From positions 448,001 through 512,000 of the forward strand of contig CAWFGO010000003.1 of NCBI GenBank assembly GCA_963815455.1: DNA of 64,000 nt, in the 5' to 3' direction. The position numbers and the translations under genes are program-made. Of the stretch, positions 31,185 to 42,593 are shown one piece after another. The notes beneath the pieces were generated by a model that saw only the letters and a program-made list of their open reading frames with translations, was not told the origin of the DNA and did no database searches. Each line of letters opens with the position of its first letter. Positions within the stretch are counted from its first letter, which is position 1. The DNA comes from an uncultured Verrucomicrobiae bacterium. Its GTDB lineage: Bacteria > Verrucomicrobiota > Verrucomicrobiia > Chthoniobacterales > UBA10450.

Positions 31185-32246
31185 TCACCTGCGCCTTGCG
31201 ATCATGAGGAGTCCGCGCTCTGCTTGCCACCAGTAGCCGAAGGCGAAACCGAGCTCGGGCGGAGGATTTTTTCGGTAAATCTCGGCCAGTTCTTTTTGAT
31301 CGTATTTCCCGAACTTTTCGCCATGCGGAAAGAAGCGCCCGTAGAATTCGAGAGCCCAGCCTTTGCGAAAGGCCCGCAGCGGAATTCCGGAGTCGTCTTG
31401 GACAATGACGCTGCTGTGTTCGAGGAGAAAATTGCGGACCCCGGCGAATCCTTCGCCGTGCATGAGGTAGGAAGCAGCCTTCACCAGACTAAGCCCCGGT
31501 CCGCGCGCCGCGCACCATCGCAAAAAAGCGCTGTTGCCGCCCGAGAGGTTGGTTTTGAAGTAATACAAGGTCTGTGATCGACCACTACGGCTAAATGTGA
31601 TCTTGACGCCTTCGGCGGGACTCCGGACGTAGGTAGTATCAATCACGGTGCAACCGAGCCGGGCCAGGAATACGTACAGAATCGGAAGCGTTCCGCCGAG
31701 ATTGCTGCGCCCAAGGCTCGCTTTCATTTCCTCGGTCACAAAATAGTGGGTAATCAGCAAGGTGCTCATCGAGTTGCGCAAAGCCGCCAGATCGTTCCCC
31801 AACGTGGCCGGATTCATGCGAGAGAGGTCTGGCACCTGGCCGACCGGCTCCAGACCGGCAAGGATGTAAGTGTTTGCGTTTGGAAAAAAGGTGTAGGCGT
31901 ACAGAAAATCCGGACCGCTGAACATGTAGTACATGGTGTTCGAGCTGCGATAGGAGGCACCGGCATGCGCCTTCATCCAGGAAGCGATCGGTTCCAGTTG
32001 AAAGAACTCTTTTGTTTTCCACGCCTTGTCCAAAGCGGCGGCGTGGCCCTGCCAGGCGGCGTTCTGCGTGAGCGGCACGAGCGGCCCGGTCGTCACGGGC
32101 AGGCCGGCGAGCAGGTGCGCGGTCTCGTCGAGCGTGGGGCCGTTTTGACCGTAAACGGATGAGCAAACGACGGCCAAAGAGCAGGCCAGCGCAATCTGGC
32201 AACACTTACGTTGCATCAATTCCGCGAAGAAATTCCTTCGATTCAT
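31185..32246 (-). CDS. Conserved hypothetical exported protein, paralog of 26064-27407
   Basis: YMFSGPDFLYA, GLEPVG, GTLPILYVFLAR, KAASYLMH, QDDSGIP. Confidence 0.75.
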   Translation of the reverse strand: MNRRNFFAELMQRKCCQIALACSLAVVCSSVYGQNGPTLDETAHLLAGLPVTTGPLVPLTQNAAWQGHAAALDKAWKTKEFFQLEPIASWMKAHAGASYRSSNTMYYMFSGPDFLYAYTFFPNANTYILAGLEPVGQVPDLSRMNPATLGNDLAALRNSMSTLLITHYFVTEEMKASLGRSNLGGTLPILYVFLARLGCTVIDTTYVRSPAEGVKITFSRSGRSQTLYYFKTNLSGGNSAFLRWCAARGPGLSLVKAASYLMHGEGFAGVRNFLLEHSSVIVQDDSGIPLRAFRKGWALEFYGRFFPHGEKFGKYDQKELAEIYRKNPPPELGFAFGYWWQAERGLLMIARRR

Positions 32247-32411
32247 CGGCGTGCTCTTGCCACATAGTCACGGTCGGAGCAAACATTGGGACAAGATTGT
32301 GCGTTTATTTGCGTATCTGCTAATGTAAGCGGCTTGATGTTCAGCCGAGGTATAGCAGATTCCAACCCGGCATCGCGCATGATGAGGTTAATACTGCGAC
32401 AAAAAAAGTAG

Positions 32412-33770
<1,359 letters not shown>

Positions 33771-33789
33771 TTTTTCGTAAATCTCGATC

Positions 33790-35631
33790 TCACCGCACTG
33801 CTTTACTGCGGATTGGCTGCCTGGACCGGTAGGTCTCAATATTCTTTTCCAAGTCAGCAGCCAGACCAGAGTCGCCAGTAGCAGTCGCCGTTTCCCAAGC
33901 TCTTTCCGCGGCGCGGACGGCCTCGGGAAATTGGCCAGTCTCAGCATAAGCCGCTGCCAGGGTGCGTAAGACAATCGGATTATCACGCTTCGAATCGCGA
34001 ACCACACTGCCAGCGAGTCCGACGGCCCTTTCGCCATCGCGCAGCGCGGGGTCGGGCGAAGTGGCTAATACCCACGCGAGATTGCAGCGCACGTTCAAGT
34101 TGCTGGGCGAGTTTCTCAGGCTGTTTTCGAAATGTGCTACCGCGTCCCGCTCATTGCCCAACTGCAGGTAAGCGAGCCCAAGGTTATTTTCCGCATTGGC
34201 GTCATCGGGCCGAATCCGAAGCGCTTGCTGACAATGCGTGATCGCGTCGTTCAACCGGCCCCGCCGCATCAGCAAATCAGCCAGGCTTGAGTGGGCAAAA
34301 TAGTTGTCCCGAGTGACCGATATCGCGTGAGTCCAAAGAACTTCGCTGTCGCGCCAGTAGGCCGCTTGGCCGCGCGCCGTCCACGCCAGTGCGGCGATAA
34401 CCAGACCCGCAGCCAAGCCGATGATCCCCCTGCGAGCAACCCAGTGCGCCGACAGGTGCGCCACTCCCCACGCAATGATCAGGTAGAGACCAATCTGGGG
34501 CAGGTAAGTATAGCGATCGGCATGTCCTTGTAGTCCGACTTGAACAATCCCAATAACCGGCAGCAACATCGACAAGTACCAGAACCAGCCAACGGCGAAA
34601 TACGGCCGGCGCTCACGAAGCCAAAATGCTGCCGTTGTCATCGCGATCAGAAAAACAACAGCGACCACGACTTGCCAGGCAATGCTTGGGCCGCCATATG
34701 GGTAGAAAACCGCGAGCCGATCGGGCCATACCATCTGCCAGACATAAATGGCATAGGTGATGATCGCGTTGGCGATCCGCGAGGACATCGGCAACCGCTG
34801 CATCGATGCCGCATTCTGCGCAATGATCGTTGCCACAGACAAAGCCGCCGACAGTGTAAAGAGCGGAATTTTTTCCAGGATCGCCCGGCGCATTTCACGC
34901 CGCCCAGAAATTCTTTTGAGCGGCCAGTAATCGAGCAGAAGCAACACAAACGGAACAGTTACCAACATCGGCTTGGACATCAGCCCGCAGGCAAACAAGA
35001 TCGACATCGCCACGTAGCGGGCGAACGTTCGCTTGCGCGTATAGCGCACATACGCGCCAAGTGTGAGCATGAATAACACGGCGCTAAGCACGTCCTTGCG
35101 TTCCGCAATCCAGGCGACCGATTCCACGCGCAGGGGGTGAACCGTAAAGACCGCCGCGACAAACGCGCTACGCCCAAGCAGTCCCGTCATGTCGCGGAGC
35201 ACGAGAAAGAGCAAAACCACCGCGATGGCGTGGAGCACAACGTTGGTGAAATGATGACCGCCAGGATTGAGGCCAAACAATTGGCAATCGAGCATATGAG
35301 AAATCGTCGTGAGCGGATGCCAGTTTCCGCCGACGACGTGCGTAAATGCCCAAACAATTCCGTGAATGGTTAGCCCTCTGATGATCTCGGGATTCTCATA
35401 GATGTAGTGAGGATCGTCGAAATCAACGAACGGAAATCGAATCGTCTGACCGAACACAAACCAGGTGATGGCGACCAGAAGAAGGCTGATGACGACGGTC
35501 GTTCCAAGCGAAGTCGAGGAATCCCGATGCAAAATCGACCGGCTGCTCCGCGGAATCCTTTCACTCCGAAAGGTTTCGGAGCTCAGGATGACTGGGCGAC
35601 GAGAGCGCCCCCTATTCGTTCGATTCCGCAT
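33790..35631 (-). CDS. TMTC-like GT-C membrane protein with TPRs
   Basis: FDD..Y, WHPLT, HPL.VESVAWIAERKD, ADRYTYLP, C-terminal TPRs. Confidence 0.85.
   Translation of the reverse strand: MRNRTNRGRSRRPVILSSETFRSERIPRSSRSILHRDSSTSLGTTVVISLLLVAITWFVFGQTIRFPFVDFDDPHYIYENPEIIRGLTIHGIVWAFTHVVGGNWHPLTTISHMLDCQLFGLNPGGHHFTNVVLHAIAVVLLFLVLRDMTGLLGRSAFVAAVFTVHPLRVESVAWIAERKDVLSAVLFMLTLGAYVRYTRKRTFARYVAMSILFACGLMSKPMLVTVPFVLLLLDYWPLKRISGRREMRRAILEKIPLFTLSAALSVATIIAQNAASMQRLPMSSRIANAIITYAIYVWQMVWPDRLAVFYPYGGPSIAWQVVVAVVFLIAMTTAAFWLRERRPYFAVGWFWYLSMLLPVIGIVQVGLQGHADRYTYLPQIGLYLIIAWGVAHLSAHWVARRGIIGLAAGLVIAALAWTARGQAAYWRDSEVLWTHAISVTRDNYFAHSSLADLLMRRGRLNDAITHCQQALRIRPDDANAENNLGLAYLQLGNERDAVAHFENSLRNSPSNLNVRCNLAWVLATSPDPALRDGERAVGLAGSVVRDSKRDNPIVLRTLAAAYAETGQFPEAVRAAERAWETATATGDSGLAADLEKNIETYRSRQPIRSKAVR
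35498..35592. repeat. GTCAT-type palindromic doublet within the 5' end of the TMTC-like gene
   Basis: GTCGTTCCAAGCGAAGTCGAGGAATCCC...GCTCAGGATGAC with a nested TCCGAAAGGTTTCGGA hairpin. Confidence 0.75.
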
Positions 35632-37582
35632 TGGTCAGACTAGAATCGCGTAAGGGAAAGCGTTCGCGATAAAGATCGACATCCTGCGCTAACTTAATTG
35701 CCAGCGAATTCTGACCAAGCGCGTCGGCCAGCCCTGCTGCGCGTTGGGCGATTTCGATTGCGTCGTCAAAGCGGCCAGCGTCGGCGTAGGCCGCCGCCAG
35801 AGTACGCATGACGATTGGATTTTTTTCGTCGGAGTAATGGTTGGCTTTCCGCGCGAGTTCAATCGCTTTCGCGCCATCGCGTAACGACGCATCGGCAGAA
35901 GTGGCTGAAATCCAAGCGAGTTTGTTTAGCGTTAAGATCGAACGCGGGTCCAGCTGCAACACCTTCTCATAATGGGATATCCCCTCTCGAATCCGGTGTG
36001 TTCGCACGAGCGCGTCGCCAAGCATCGTATGCCCTTCGACATCGTCGGGATGGATCGACAATGTCTTCCTCCATTCGGCAATCGCTTCGTCCAGCCTGCC
36101 TTGCTGAAGAAACACGCTACCGAGATTGAAATGGCCATCCGCGTAATCCGGCCGCAGCGCGATCGCCTTTTCGTACTGCGCAATCGCTTCGTCGAGTCGC
36201 TCCTTTTCGACAAAGGCGTTGCCGAGATTGTTGTGAACCAGCGCATTACTCAAGTTGTAGCGCGCTTCCTGGGCATCGCCGCGAATTCGTAGCGCGGCTT
36301 GATATTGGGCGATTGCGCCGTCAATTCGGCCGCGCTCGGCGAGGAATTGGCCGAGATTGTTGTGCGCGATATCGTTGTCTGAGGTAACGGCCAGCGTGTG
36401 CGTCCATAGCGTTTCGCTGTTTTTCCAGTACTTCGTCTGCTTCCAGGACTGCCACCCGGGTGCCAACAGCAAAATCGCGGCAATGGCCGCCAGAAATTTC
36501 TCCCTGCCACGGAAGATCGCCATATCCGCGACTGTCCAGGTCGCCAATACGTAGAGGCCAATTTGCGGCAGATAGGTGTAGCGATCGGCGTGACTTTGAA
36601 GACCGATTTGGAGAACGCCAATCACAGGAACGAGCATTCCCAAATACCAAAACCAACCGGTAAAAAGATATGGATGTCTTTTGCGCATCGCGACCGTAAT
36701 TGCACTGACCGCGATGAGAAATCCAAACGCGAAAACGATTTGCCAAACGGAGAAGGAATGCGCCGGATAGAAAACCGCGAGTTTAACAGGCCAAAACATT
36801 TGCCCGATATAAGTCGTGCAGCTGACCGCGGCGTTTTCGATTCGCCAGATGAATGGGAGTGGTTCCATATCGCCGGTCGATCCCCGTTGCGCGATAATGG
36901 TTACGACACACGACGCGGCTGACAACACAAACAGCGGAAGCTTTTCGACCACGAGACCAATGACAACCGACCACTGACCTTTGAGGCGATCCAGCGGCCA
37001 ATAATCGAGCAAGAGCAAAACAAACGGCACAGTTACCAGCATCGGTTTGGACATCAGCCCGCAGGCGAACAGGATCGACATCGTTACGTACCGGCCAATC
37101 GTCCGCCGCCGCGTGTAACCTACGTAAGCGCCTAGCGTTAGCATAAAGAAAACAGCGCTGAGCACGTCTTTGCGTTCGGCGATCCAGGCGACGGATTCGA
37201 CATGCAACGGATGAATTGCGAAGACCGCCGCAACAAACGCGCTCCGCCAAAGCTGTGCCGTCATTTGATTGAGCACGAGAAGGAGCAAGATAACGGCGAT
37301 GGTGTGGAGCAGAACGTTTGTGAAATGATGACCGCCCGCGTTCAGCCCGAACACTTGGCAATCGAACATGTGCGAAATCGTGGTCAGCGGATGCCAATTA
37401 AGCGCGTGGCTGTGGATGAACGCCCACGCGATTCCGGGCCACGTCAGTCCACTGGTTACCACCGGATTCCCGTAAACGTATGTCTTGTCGTCAAAATTGA
37501 CGAAGTCGTGTCCGAGCGTCTGGCCAAAGACCAGCCACGTAATCGCGACCAGAAAAACGCAAATCCCGAGACGCGTCTTCAA
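35612..37582 (-). CDS. TMTC-like GT-C membrane protein with TPRs (TTG start inferred)
   Basis: Same motifs as 33790-35631; start lies right after the GT2 stop. Confidence 0.85.
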   Translation of the reverse strand: MKTRLGICVFLVAITWLVFGQTLGHDFVNFDDKTYVYGNPVVTSGLTWPGIAWAFIHSHALNWHPLTTISHMFDCQVFGLNAGGHHFTNVLLHTIAVILLLLVLNQMTAQLWRSAFVAAVFAIHPLHVESVAWIAERKDVLSAVFFMLTLGAYVGYTRRRTIGRYVTMSILFACGLMSKPMLVTVPFVLLLLDYWPLDRLKGQWSVVIGLVVEKLPLFVLSAASCVVTIIAQRGSTGDMEPLPFIWRIENAAVSCTTYIGQMFWPVKLAVFYPAHSFSVWQIVFAFGFLIAVSAITVAMRKRHPYLFTGWFWYLGMLVPVIGVLQIGLQSHADRYTYLPQIGLYVLATWTVADMAIFRGREKFLAAIAAILLLAPGWQSWKQTKYWKNSETLWTHTLAVTSDNDIAHNNLGQFLAERGRIDGAIAQYQAALRIRGDAQEARYNLSNALVHNNLGNAFVEKERLDEAIAQYEKAIALRPDYADGHFNLGSVFLQQGRLDEAIAEWRKTLSIHPDDVEGHTMLGDALVRTHRIREGISHYEKVLQLDPRSILTLNKLAWISATSADASLRDGAKAIELARKANHYSDEKNPIVMRTLAAAYADAGRFDDAIEIAQRAAGLADALGQNSLAIKLAQDVDLYRERFPLRDSSLTNAESNE

Positions 37583-37583
37583 A

Positions 37584-38312
37584 TTAACGATCGGGACCCG
37601 AACGCGCGAGTCCGTAGCGCAAAGCCGTGGCGAGACATCCGAGCCCGTAGCGGACGCTTCGGCGAAAATTGATCGATGATGCTTCGGGCATATAGCGCGC
37701 GGGGCATGTGACTTCACCGATCGAAACTCCCAACGCGATGATTTGGGCGAGGATCTGGTTATCGAAAACGAAATCGTCGGAGTTCTTTTCGATCGGCAAA
37801 CGCTCGAGCAAATGCCGGGAAAACGCTCGATAACCGGTATGATACTCCGAAAGCTTAGCGCCAAGCAGTAGGTTCTCCGCCAGCGTGAGAAAGCGGTTGG
37901 CGACATATTTCCACAATGGCATTCCGCCGCGCAGAGCGCCGCCGCCGAGAATCCGCGAGGCGAGTACGCATGGGTAAAGCCCGCTAGCAACGAGCGACGC
38001 CATCGCCGGGAGCAGTTGCGGCGTGTACTGGTAGTCGGGATGAATCATGACAATAATATCGGCTCCGGCGGCGAGCGCGAGCCGGTAACAAGTTTTTTGA
38101 TTGGCGCCGTAGCCGCGATTCTCTGGATGCACTTCCACCTGGACGCGATTCAGAGTGCGGGCGATCGCTACGGTTTCGTCGTGGCTGGCGTCATCGACGA
38201 CAATAACAAGATCGACAATGCCCTGAGCCATCACTTCGTCGTAAGTGCGTTGCAAAGTGCGCGCGGCGTTGTAAGCGGGCATTACCACGACGATCTTCTG
38301 GCTGTTCAACAT
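37584..38312 (-). CDS. GT2 glycosyltransferase, polyprenol-phosphate mannose synthase-like
   Basis: VVMPAYN, VDDAS.D, NRGYG, HPDYQY, SEYHTGYRAF. Confidence 0.85.
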   Translation of the reverse strand: MLNSQKIVVVMPAYNAARTLQRTYDEVMAQGIVDLVIVVDDASHDETVAIARTLNRVQVEVHPENRGYGANQKTCYRLALAAGADIIVMIHPDYQYTPQLLPAMASLVASGLYPCVLASRILGGGALRGGMPLWKYVANRFLTLAENLLLGAKLSEYHTGYRAFSRHLLERLPIEKNSDDFVFDNQILAQIIALGVSIGEVTCPARYMPEASSINFRRSVRYGLGCLATALRYGLARSGPDR

Positions 38313-38388
38313 GGCTCATGTTTATATTAGGCCGTGCTCAAGAAGCAAACGTGCGGTCGATTTTGAATCATAAATAATTCGAGCCGTT

Positions 38389-38414
38389 GCCGGGATCAGC
38401 GATCCCGGCTACAA
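38389..38414 (-). repeat. GTAG REP half-element, intergenic
   Basis: GCCGGGATCAGCGATCCCGGCTACAA. Confidence 0.75.
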
Positions 38415-38421
38415 CTGCGAC

Positions 38422-40375
38422 ATGCCGATGGCTGAGTTTTTTTCCTCGTCGCGCAATCGAGCGTGCCTGTTTGGCTTGATCCTCGTTGCCGCGACGATCT
38501 TGGCCTACCGGCCGGCCTGGCACGGCGGATTTATCTGGGATGACGATGAATACGTGACGAAAAATCATCTGCTGGTCGCGCCTGATGGGCTGCGCCGGAT
38601 CTGGTTCTCGCTCGATTCGCCTTCGCAATATTTCCCGCTCACTTACACAACGCTTCGGATCGAGCGCGCGCTTTGGGGTCTGAATCCGACGGGATATCAT
38701 TGGGTTAACATTCTTTTTCACGTCGTGAACGCGTTGCTGTTGTGGCGGTTGCTGACGCGCCTAAAGATTCCCGGCGCATGGCTGGCAGCCGGCATTTTCG
38801 CGCTCCATCCCGTTCAGGTGGAATCGGTCGCCTGGATCACCGAACGCAAGAACGTGCTGATGGGATTTTTCTTCCTGTTGACGCTCCTGGCCTGGACAAA
38901 GTTTGTCGGCGAGCAAACGGCCCGGCGCTGGCGTTTCTACGCGCTGTCCCTGGTTTTCTTTCTGCTCGCGTTGTTCGCTAAATCGACGGCATGCACCCTA
39001 CCGGCGGCGTTGTTTCTGATTTTATGGTTGCAGGAGAAACGGATCGATTGGCGGCGAGTCGCACAAATCGTCCCGTTTCTCGTTCTCGGTTTGGCGATGG
39101 GGCTCATTGCGGTCTGGTGGGAGCGTTATCACCAGGGGACGCGCGGAGCGATGTTCGCCCTCGGGCCGTTCGAGCGATTGATCGTGGCAACGCATGCGAT
39201 CTGGTTTTACCTGGGCAAATTGTTATGGCCAGCGAAGCTGACGTTCATTCATCCGCAGTGGACGATCTCACCGGGTAATCCCCTTTCCTATGCCTGGCTC
39301 GCGGCATGTATCGCAGCGGGGATTGCGATCTATTTTCTCAGACGTCGCGTCGGGAGAGGCCTCGAAGTCGCCGCGGCGTTTTTTGTGGCTACGCTGAGCC
39401 CCGTCTTGGGGTTCATTATGCTCTACACGTTTCGTTACACGTTCGTGGCAGATCATTACCAATATCTCGCCTGCATCGGCCCGATCGTGCTCGCCGCGGC
39501 CGGTATTGTGAAATTCACGGAGTGGACGCGACTCGGTCCAGGCGTTCTCGCCGGTATCGGCACGTTGATCTTCGCCATGCTCGGCATATTGACCTGGCAT
39601 CAAAGCGCCAACTATCGCGATATCGAAACGCTCTGGCGGGCAACCATTGCGAATAATCCCGATTGCTGGATGGCGGAAAATAATCTCGGGATCGCCCTCG
39701 TGGAAAAGGGTGAGGTCGATGAAGCGATCGCGCATTACGAAAAATCCCTCGGGATGCGGCCCCAATACGCACAGACGCATTACAACTACGGCAATGCGTT
39801 GCTACTCAAAGGGCGCGTTGACGAAGCGATCGCGGAAAGTCGCGAGGCGTTGAGCCCTGGAGCCGAACGATCCGGACGCGCATGTCGCTCTAGGCAATGC
39901 TCTTTTGACCAAAGGTCTCATCGACGACGCAATCGTCCAGTATTCGAAAGCTCTGGAACTGCGTCCCCATCACAGCAGCGCTCATTACAATCTGGCCAAC
40001 GCATTGTTGCAGAAAAGCGAACGGCGCCAGGCGATCGCACATTACGAAGCAGCTCTCGACGAACAACCGGATTTTGTTGAAGCGCTGACCAATCTGGCCT
40101 GGCTGCTGGCGATCTCGCCCGGATCGGCAATTCGCAATGGCACCAGAGCGGTTGCTCTGGCCGAAAAAGCCAACCGGCTAGTGGGTGGAGCAAACGTTCT
40201 TAATCTCCGGGCACTCGCTGCCGCCTACGCCGAAAACGGGCAGTTCGAATTGGCGGTTGCGACGGCTCAGCGCGCCTTGCAGATCGCGTTGCAACACGAC
40301 CAGCCAGCACTGGCCGAAGCGCTTCGCCGCGAAATCACGCTTTACGAAAGCGGCTCATCGTATCGGGAGCCGTAA
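38422..40375 (+). CDS. TMTC-like GT-C membrane protein with TPRs (frameshift near 39855)
   Basis: IWDDDEYV, HPVQVESVAWITERKN, VADHYQY; TPRs continue in the 39905-40375 frame. Confidence 0.85.
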
Positions 40376-40401
40376 AGCTGCTGCGGGTGCCTTGTTGCGA
40401 T

Positions 40402-40440
40402 AAAAAAATCCGCCGCCCCGATGTTATTCGGAGCGGCGGA
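40402..40440 (-). terminator. Rho-independent terminator of 40466-41203
   Basis: TCCGCCGCTCCGA-ATAACA-TCGGGGCGGCGGA followed by T7 on the minus strand. Confidence 0.8.
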
Positions 40441-40465
40441 GATCCAATTGGAGTTCAGCTATGCT

Positions 40466-41203
40466 CTAATCGCCAAATAGCCGCATGTTGCAGGTAATGG
40501 TCGCATCCGTAACAAATTTTGCCGTGCCGGTGACATCCATTCGAATCGTCATAGGATTCTTGAACAGGTTGTCCACAACGCTCTGCGGAAGACCTGATCC
40601 TACCAACTGGGCCTTATTGATTCCGGCGTTTCCCGCTCGTGCATAATCCAGGCGAGTTCTGATCCGCTCGTCCACAGCAAGACTGCGATCAACCCGGTTG
40701 CGATTGGGCGAGAAGACGAAAACCAGCTGCCCGTTGGCCGGCAAGCCGGTATTGGGATCAATGATGCTTGGATCGTTCAAGACCGTACTCACGATTGTGA
40801 GACTCGCTGAGTAATCAAATATGGCCTGCGGTTGTGCAACCCCGGTTGAATTTTGCAATTGATAGTTCACAAAGAAATTCAGGACCGGATAAATGATGTC
40901 TTTCGAGCTGTTCTTCGGCAGATTGATCCGGCAAATGTTCTGCGCACTGAATGTGGTCACAGCCGGTGCCGGGTTAAGCGTGAAACACTGATTGTCGGGC
41001 GGTGTGGGAGTAGGCGAAGGCAGAGCCGAGCAATCGGGCGACAAGGTGATGAATCCACTCGCGACTCCTATGTATTGAGCATTGTGACCAAAAGAATCGA
41101 CATCGCCCACGTCGCTGGGGCTCGGAGGCGCGGCCCGCAATCCCCCTGCAATCGCCAAACTCGACAGAACTAGCACAAGCGTTCCAAACATTTTGCATTT
41201 CAT
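40466..41203 (-). CDS. Hypothetical secreted protein
   Basis: Signal peptide, DVGDVDSFG motif, Cys pairs, own terminator, AGGAAA RBS. Confidence 0.75.
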   Translation of the reverse strand: MKCKMFGTLVLVLSSLAIAGGLRAAPPSPSDVGDVDSFGHNAQYIGVASGFITLSPDCSALPSPTPTPPDNQCFTLNPAPAVTTFSAQNICRINLPKNSSKDIIYPVLNFFVNYQLQNSTGVAQPQAIFDYSASLTIVSTVLNDPSIIDPNTGLPANGQLVFVFSPNRNRVDRSLAVDERIRTRLDYARAGNAGINKAQLVGSGLPQSVVDNLFKNPMTIRMDVTGTAKFVTDATITCNMRLFGD

Positions 41204-41384
41204 TTTTTCCTGTTTCCTTTCCTGGTTGAGTTATGAATCGTAATGGTGCACCGATCCGGTCGCACCCTCAGCGTATGTATTATTACATGGCCGACCTTGG
41301 AGATCTGTCAATTTCGATCGCTGCGGATTTGCCACGTGATTGCCGATTCCAGAGACAACCTTATTTCCGGACTTTTCTTCATTT

Positions 41385-42242
41385 ATGATTATCTTTCATG
41401 ATCCGAAGTGCGCGGAGTATTCCGCGCCCGGGCATCCCGAGCGGCCGGGCCGGATTGTGCGAACCGTGCCGCTTCTGCAAAATCGACATCGCGATTGGGA
41501 ATGGAGGGAGCCCCGCGTGGCGACTGAGGAGGAACTCTTGCGCGCGCATTCACCGGAACAGATCGCGCGGATTAAGTTTGCCGCTCAGGATTTCGATGCC
41601 GATACGCCGGCGTATCCGAATATCTTCGATCACGCTTTGCGATCCGCCGGAGCGGCAGTCGAAACTGCTCACGTTGCGTTAAAGGGCGAACACGCTTTCA
41701 GTTTGATGCGGCCGCCCGGGCATCATGCAACCCGCGATCAGGCGATGGGATTCTGTTATTTCAGCAACATCGCCGTCGCCGCGCTGGACGCGTTGGCGAA
41801 TGGCGCCCAGCGGGTCGCCATTTGGGATTTCGACGCGCACCATGGCAACGGCACCGAAGCCATCGTCGCCCACAACGCGGCGATCGCATTCGCCTCCATT
41901 CATCAATTCCCGGCTTATCCAGGCACCGGCGCCAAATCGTTCGACAACATCGACAATTATCCTGTAGCCCCGGGCACACCCCGGGTCCAACATGTCGACG
42001 TTGCGGAACGGGCGCTGCAAAAGCTGCTGCGGTTCAAACCCGATCTCCTTCTCGTTTCCGCCGGGTTCGATGCCTACGCGCGCGACCCGTTGGTGCAAAT
42101 GACATTGGAAATTGAAGATTTCGCGCGGTTCGGTGAACGGCTCGCGAACGTCGGAACACCTGTGGCCGCGATTCTCGAAGGCGGCTACAGTGATGATCTT
42201 CCGGAATTGATCGACGCCTTTTTGACGAGTTGGGCTGGTTAG
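41385..42242 (+). CDS. Histone deacetylase family protein
   Basis: HPERPGR, RPPGHHA, DFDAHHGNGT, SAGFDA, LEGGY. Confidence 0.92.
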   Translation: MIIFHDPKCAEYSAPGHPERPGRIVRTVPLLQNRHRDWEWREPRVATEEELLRAHSPEQIARIKFAAQDFDADTPAYPNIFDHALRSAGAAVETAHVALKGEHAFSLMRPPGHHATRDQAMGFCYFSNIAVAALDALANGAQRVAIWDFDAHHGNGTEAIVAHNAAIAFASIHQFPAYPGTGAKSFDNIDNYPVAPGTPRVQHVDVAERALQKLLRFKPDLLLVSAGFDAYARDPLVQMTLEIEDFARFGERLANVGTPVAAILEGGYSDDLPELIDAFLTSWAG

Positions 42243-42264
42243 CGCACCTGCCAGCGCCCCTTCT

Positions 42265-42402
42265 GTCATCCCGATCCCGCAGTCGCGGGAGAGGGACCTC
42301 GCGGTCGTAGTCACCGCAGCGAGCACGCTGAAAGCATTGATCGTTTGGTTTCTCGCAAACGTTGCCTCCATTCGGGGGGTTCTTCGCTTCGCTCAGAATG
42401 AC
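42265..42402. repeat. GTCAT-type palindromic doublet with nested hairpin
   Basis: GTCATCCCGATCCCGCAGTCGCGGGAGAGGGACCTC...TTCTTCGCTTCGCTCAGAATGAC. Confidence 0.7.
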
Positions 42403-42409
42403 GGAGCGC

Positions 42410-42459
42410 CGGGCTGGCGGGATTTGAACCCACGACCTGTCGCCGCGGCGACCGTTCTA
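42410..42459 (-). repeat. Copy of the tRNA-Pro 3' half with the anticodon arm replaced by GTCGCCGCGGCGAC
   Basis: TAGAACG-GTCGCCGCGGCGAC-AGGTCGTGGGTTCAAATCCCGCCAGCCCG; 29 nt identical to the tRNA-Pro 3' end. Confidence 0.9.
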
Positions 42460-42581
42460 TCGACCAAGCTTAGCGACCGCCGCCGGAAACGCCCGGTCGG
42501 TTGCAACCATCGCTGACAAATTACCCGAACCGTCCGCCTGCCCAGCGGGGCGGCGGTTCGCTGCAGCGCTCTGGTTAGGCG
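42455..42581 (-). mobile_element. Integron attC-like recombination site
   Basis: CGCCTAAC (R'') 12 nt after the stop; GCAGCGAACCGCCGCC...GGCGGCGGTCGCTAAGC imperfect inverted repeat; degenerate R' GATAGAA. Confidence 0.75.
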
Positions 42582-42593
42582 TTACGGTGTCTC

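Noticed and set aside
39368..39379. GTCGCCGCGGCG inside a TMTC-like gene as an element copy
   Set aside because: Incomplete palindrome encoding ordinary VAAA in a TM helix; expected by chance at this GC content.
42463..42470. ACCAAGCT as further tRNA-Pro D-loop homology
   Set aside because: Better explained as the attC right arm (GCTAAGCTTGGTCG); chance similarity, although it may have favoured insertion.
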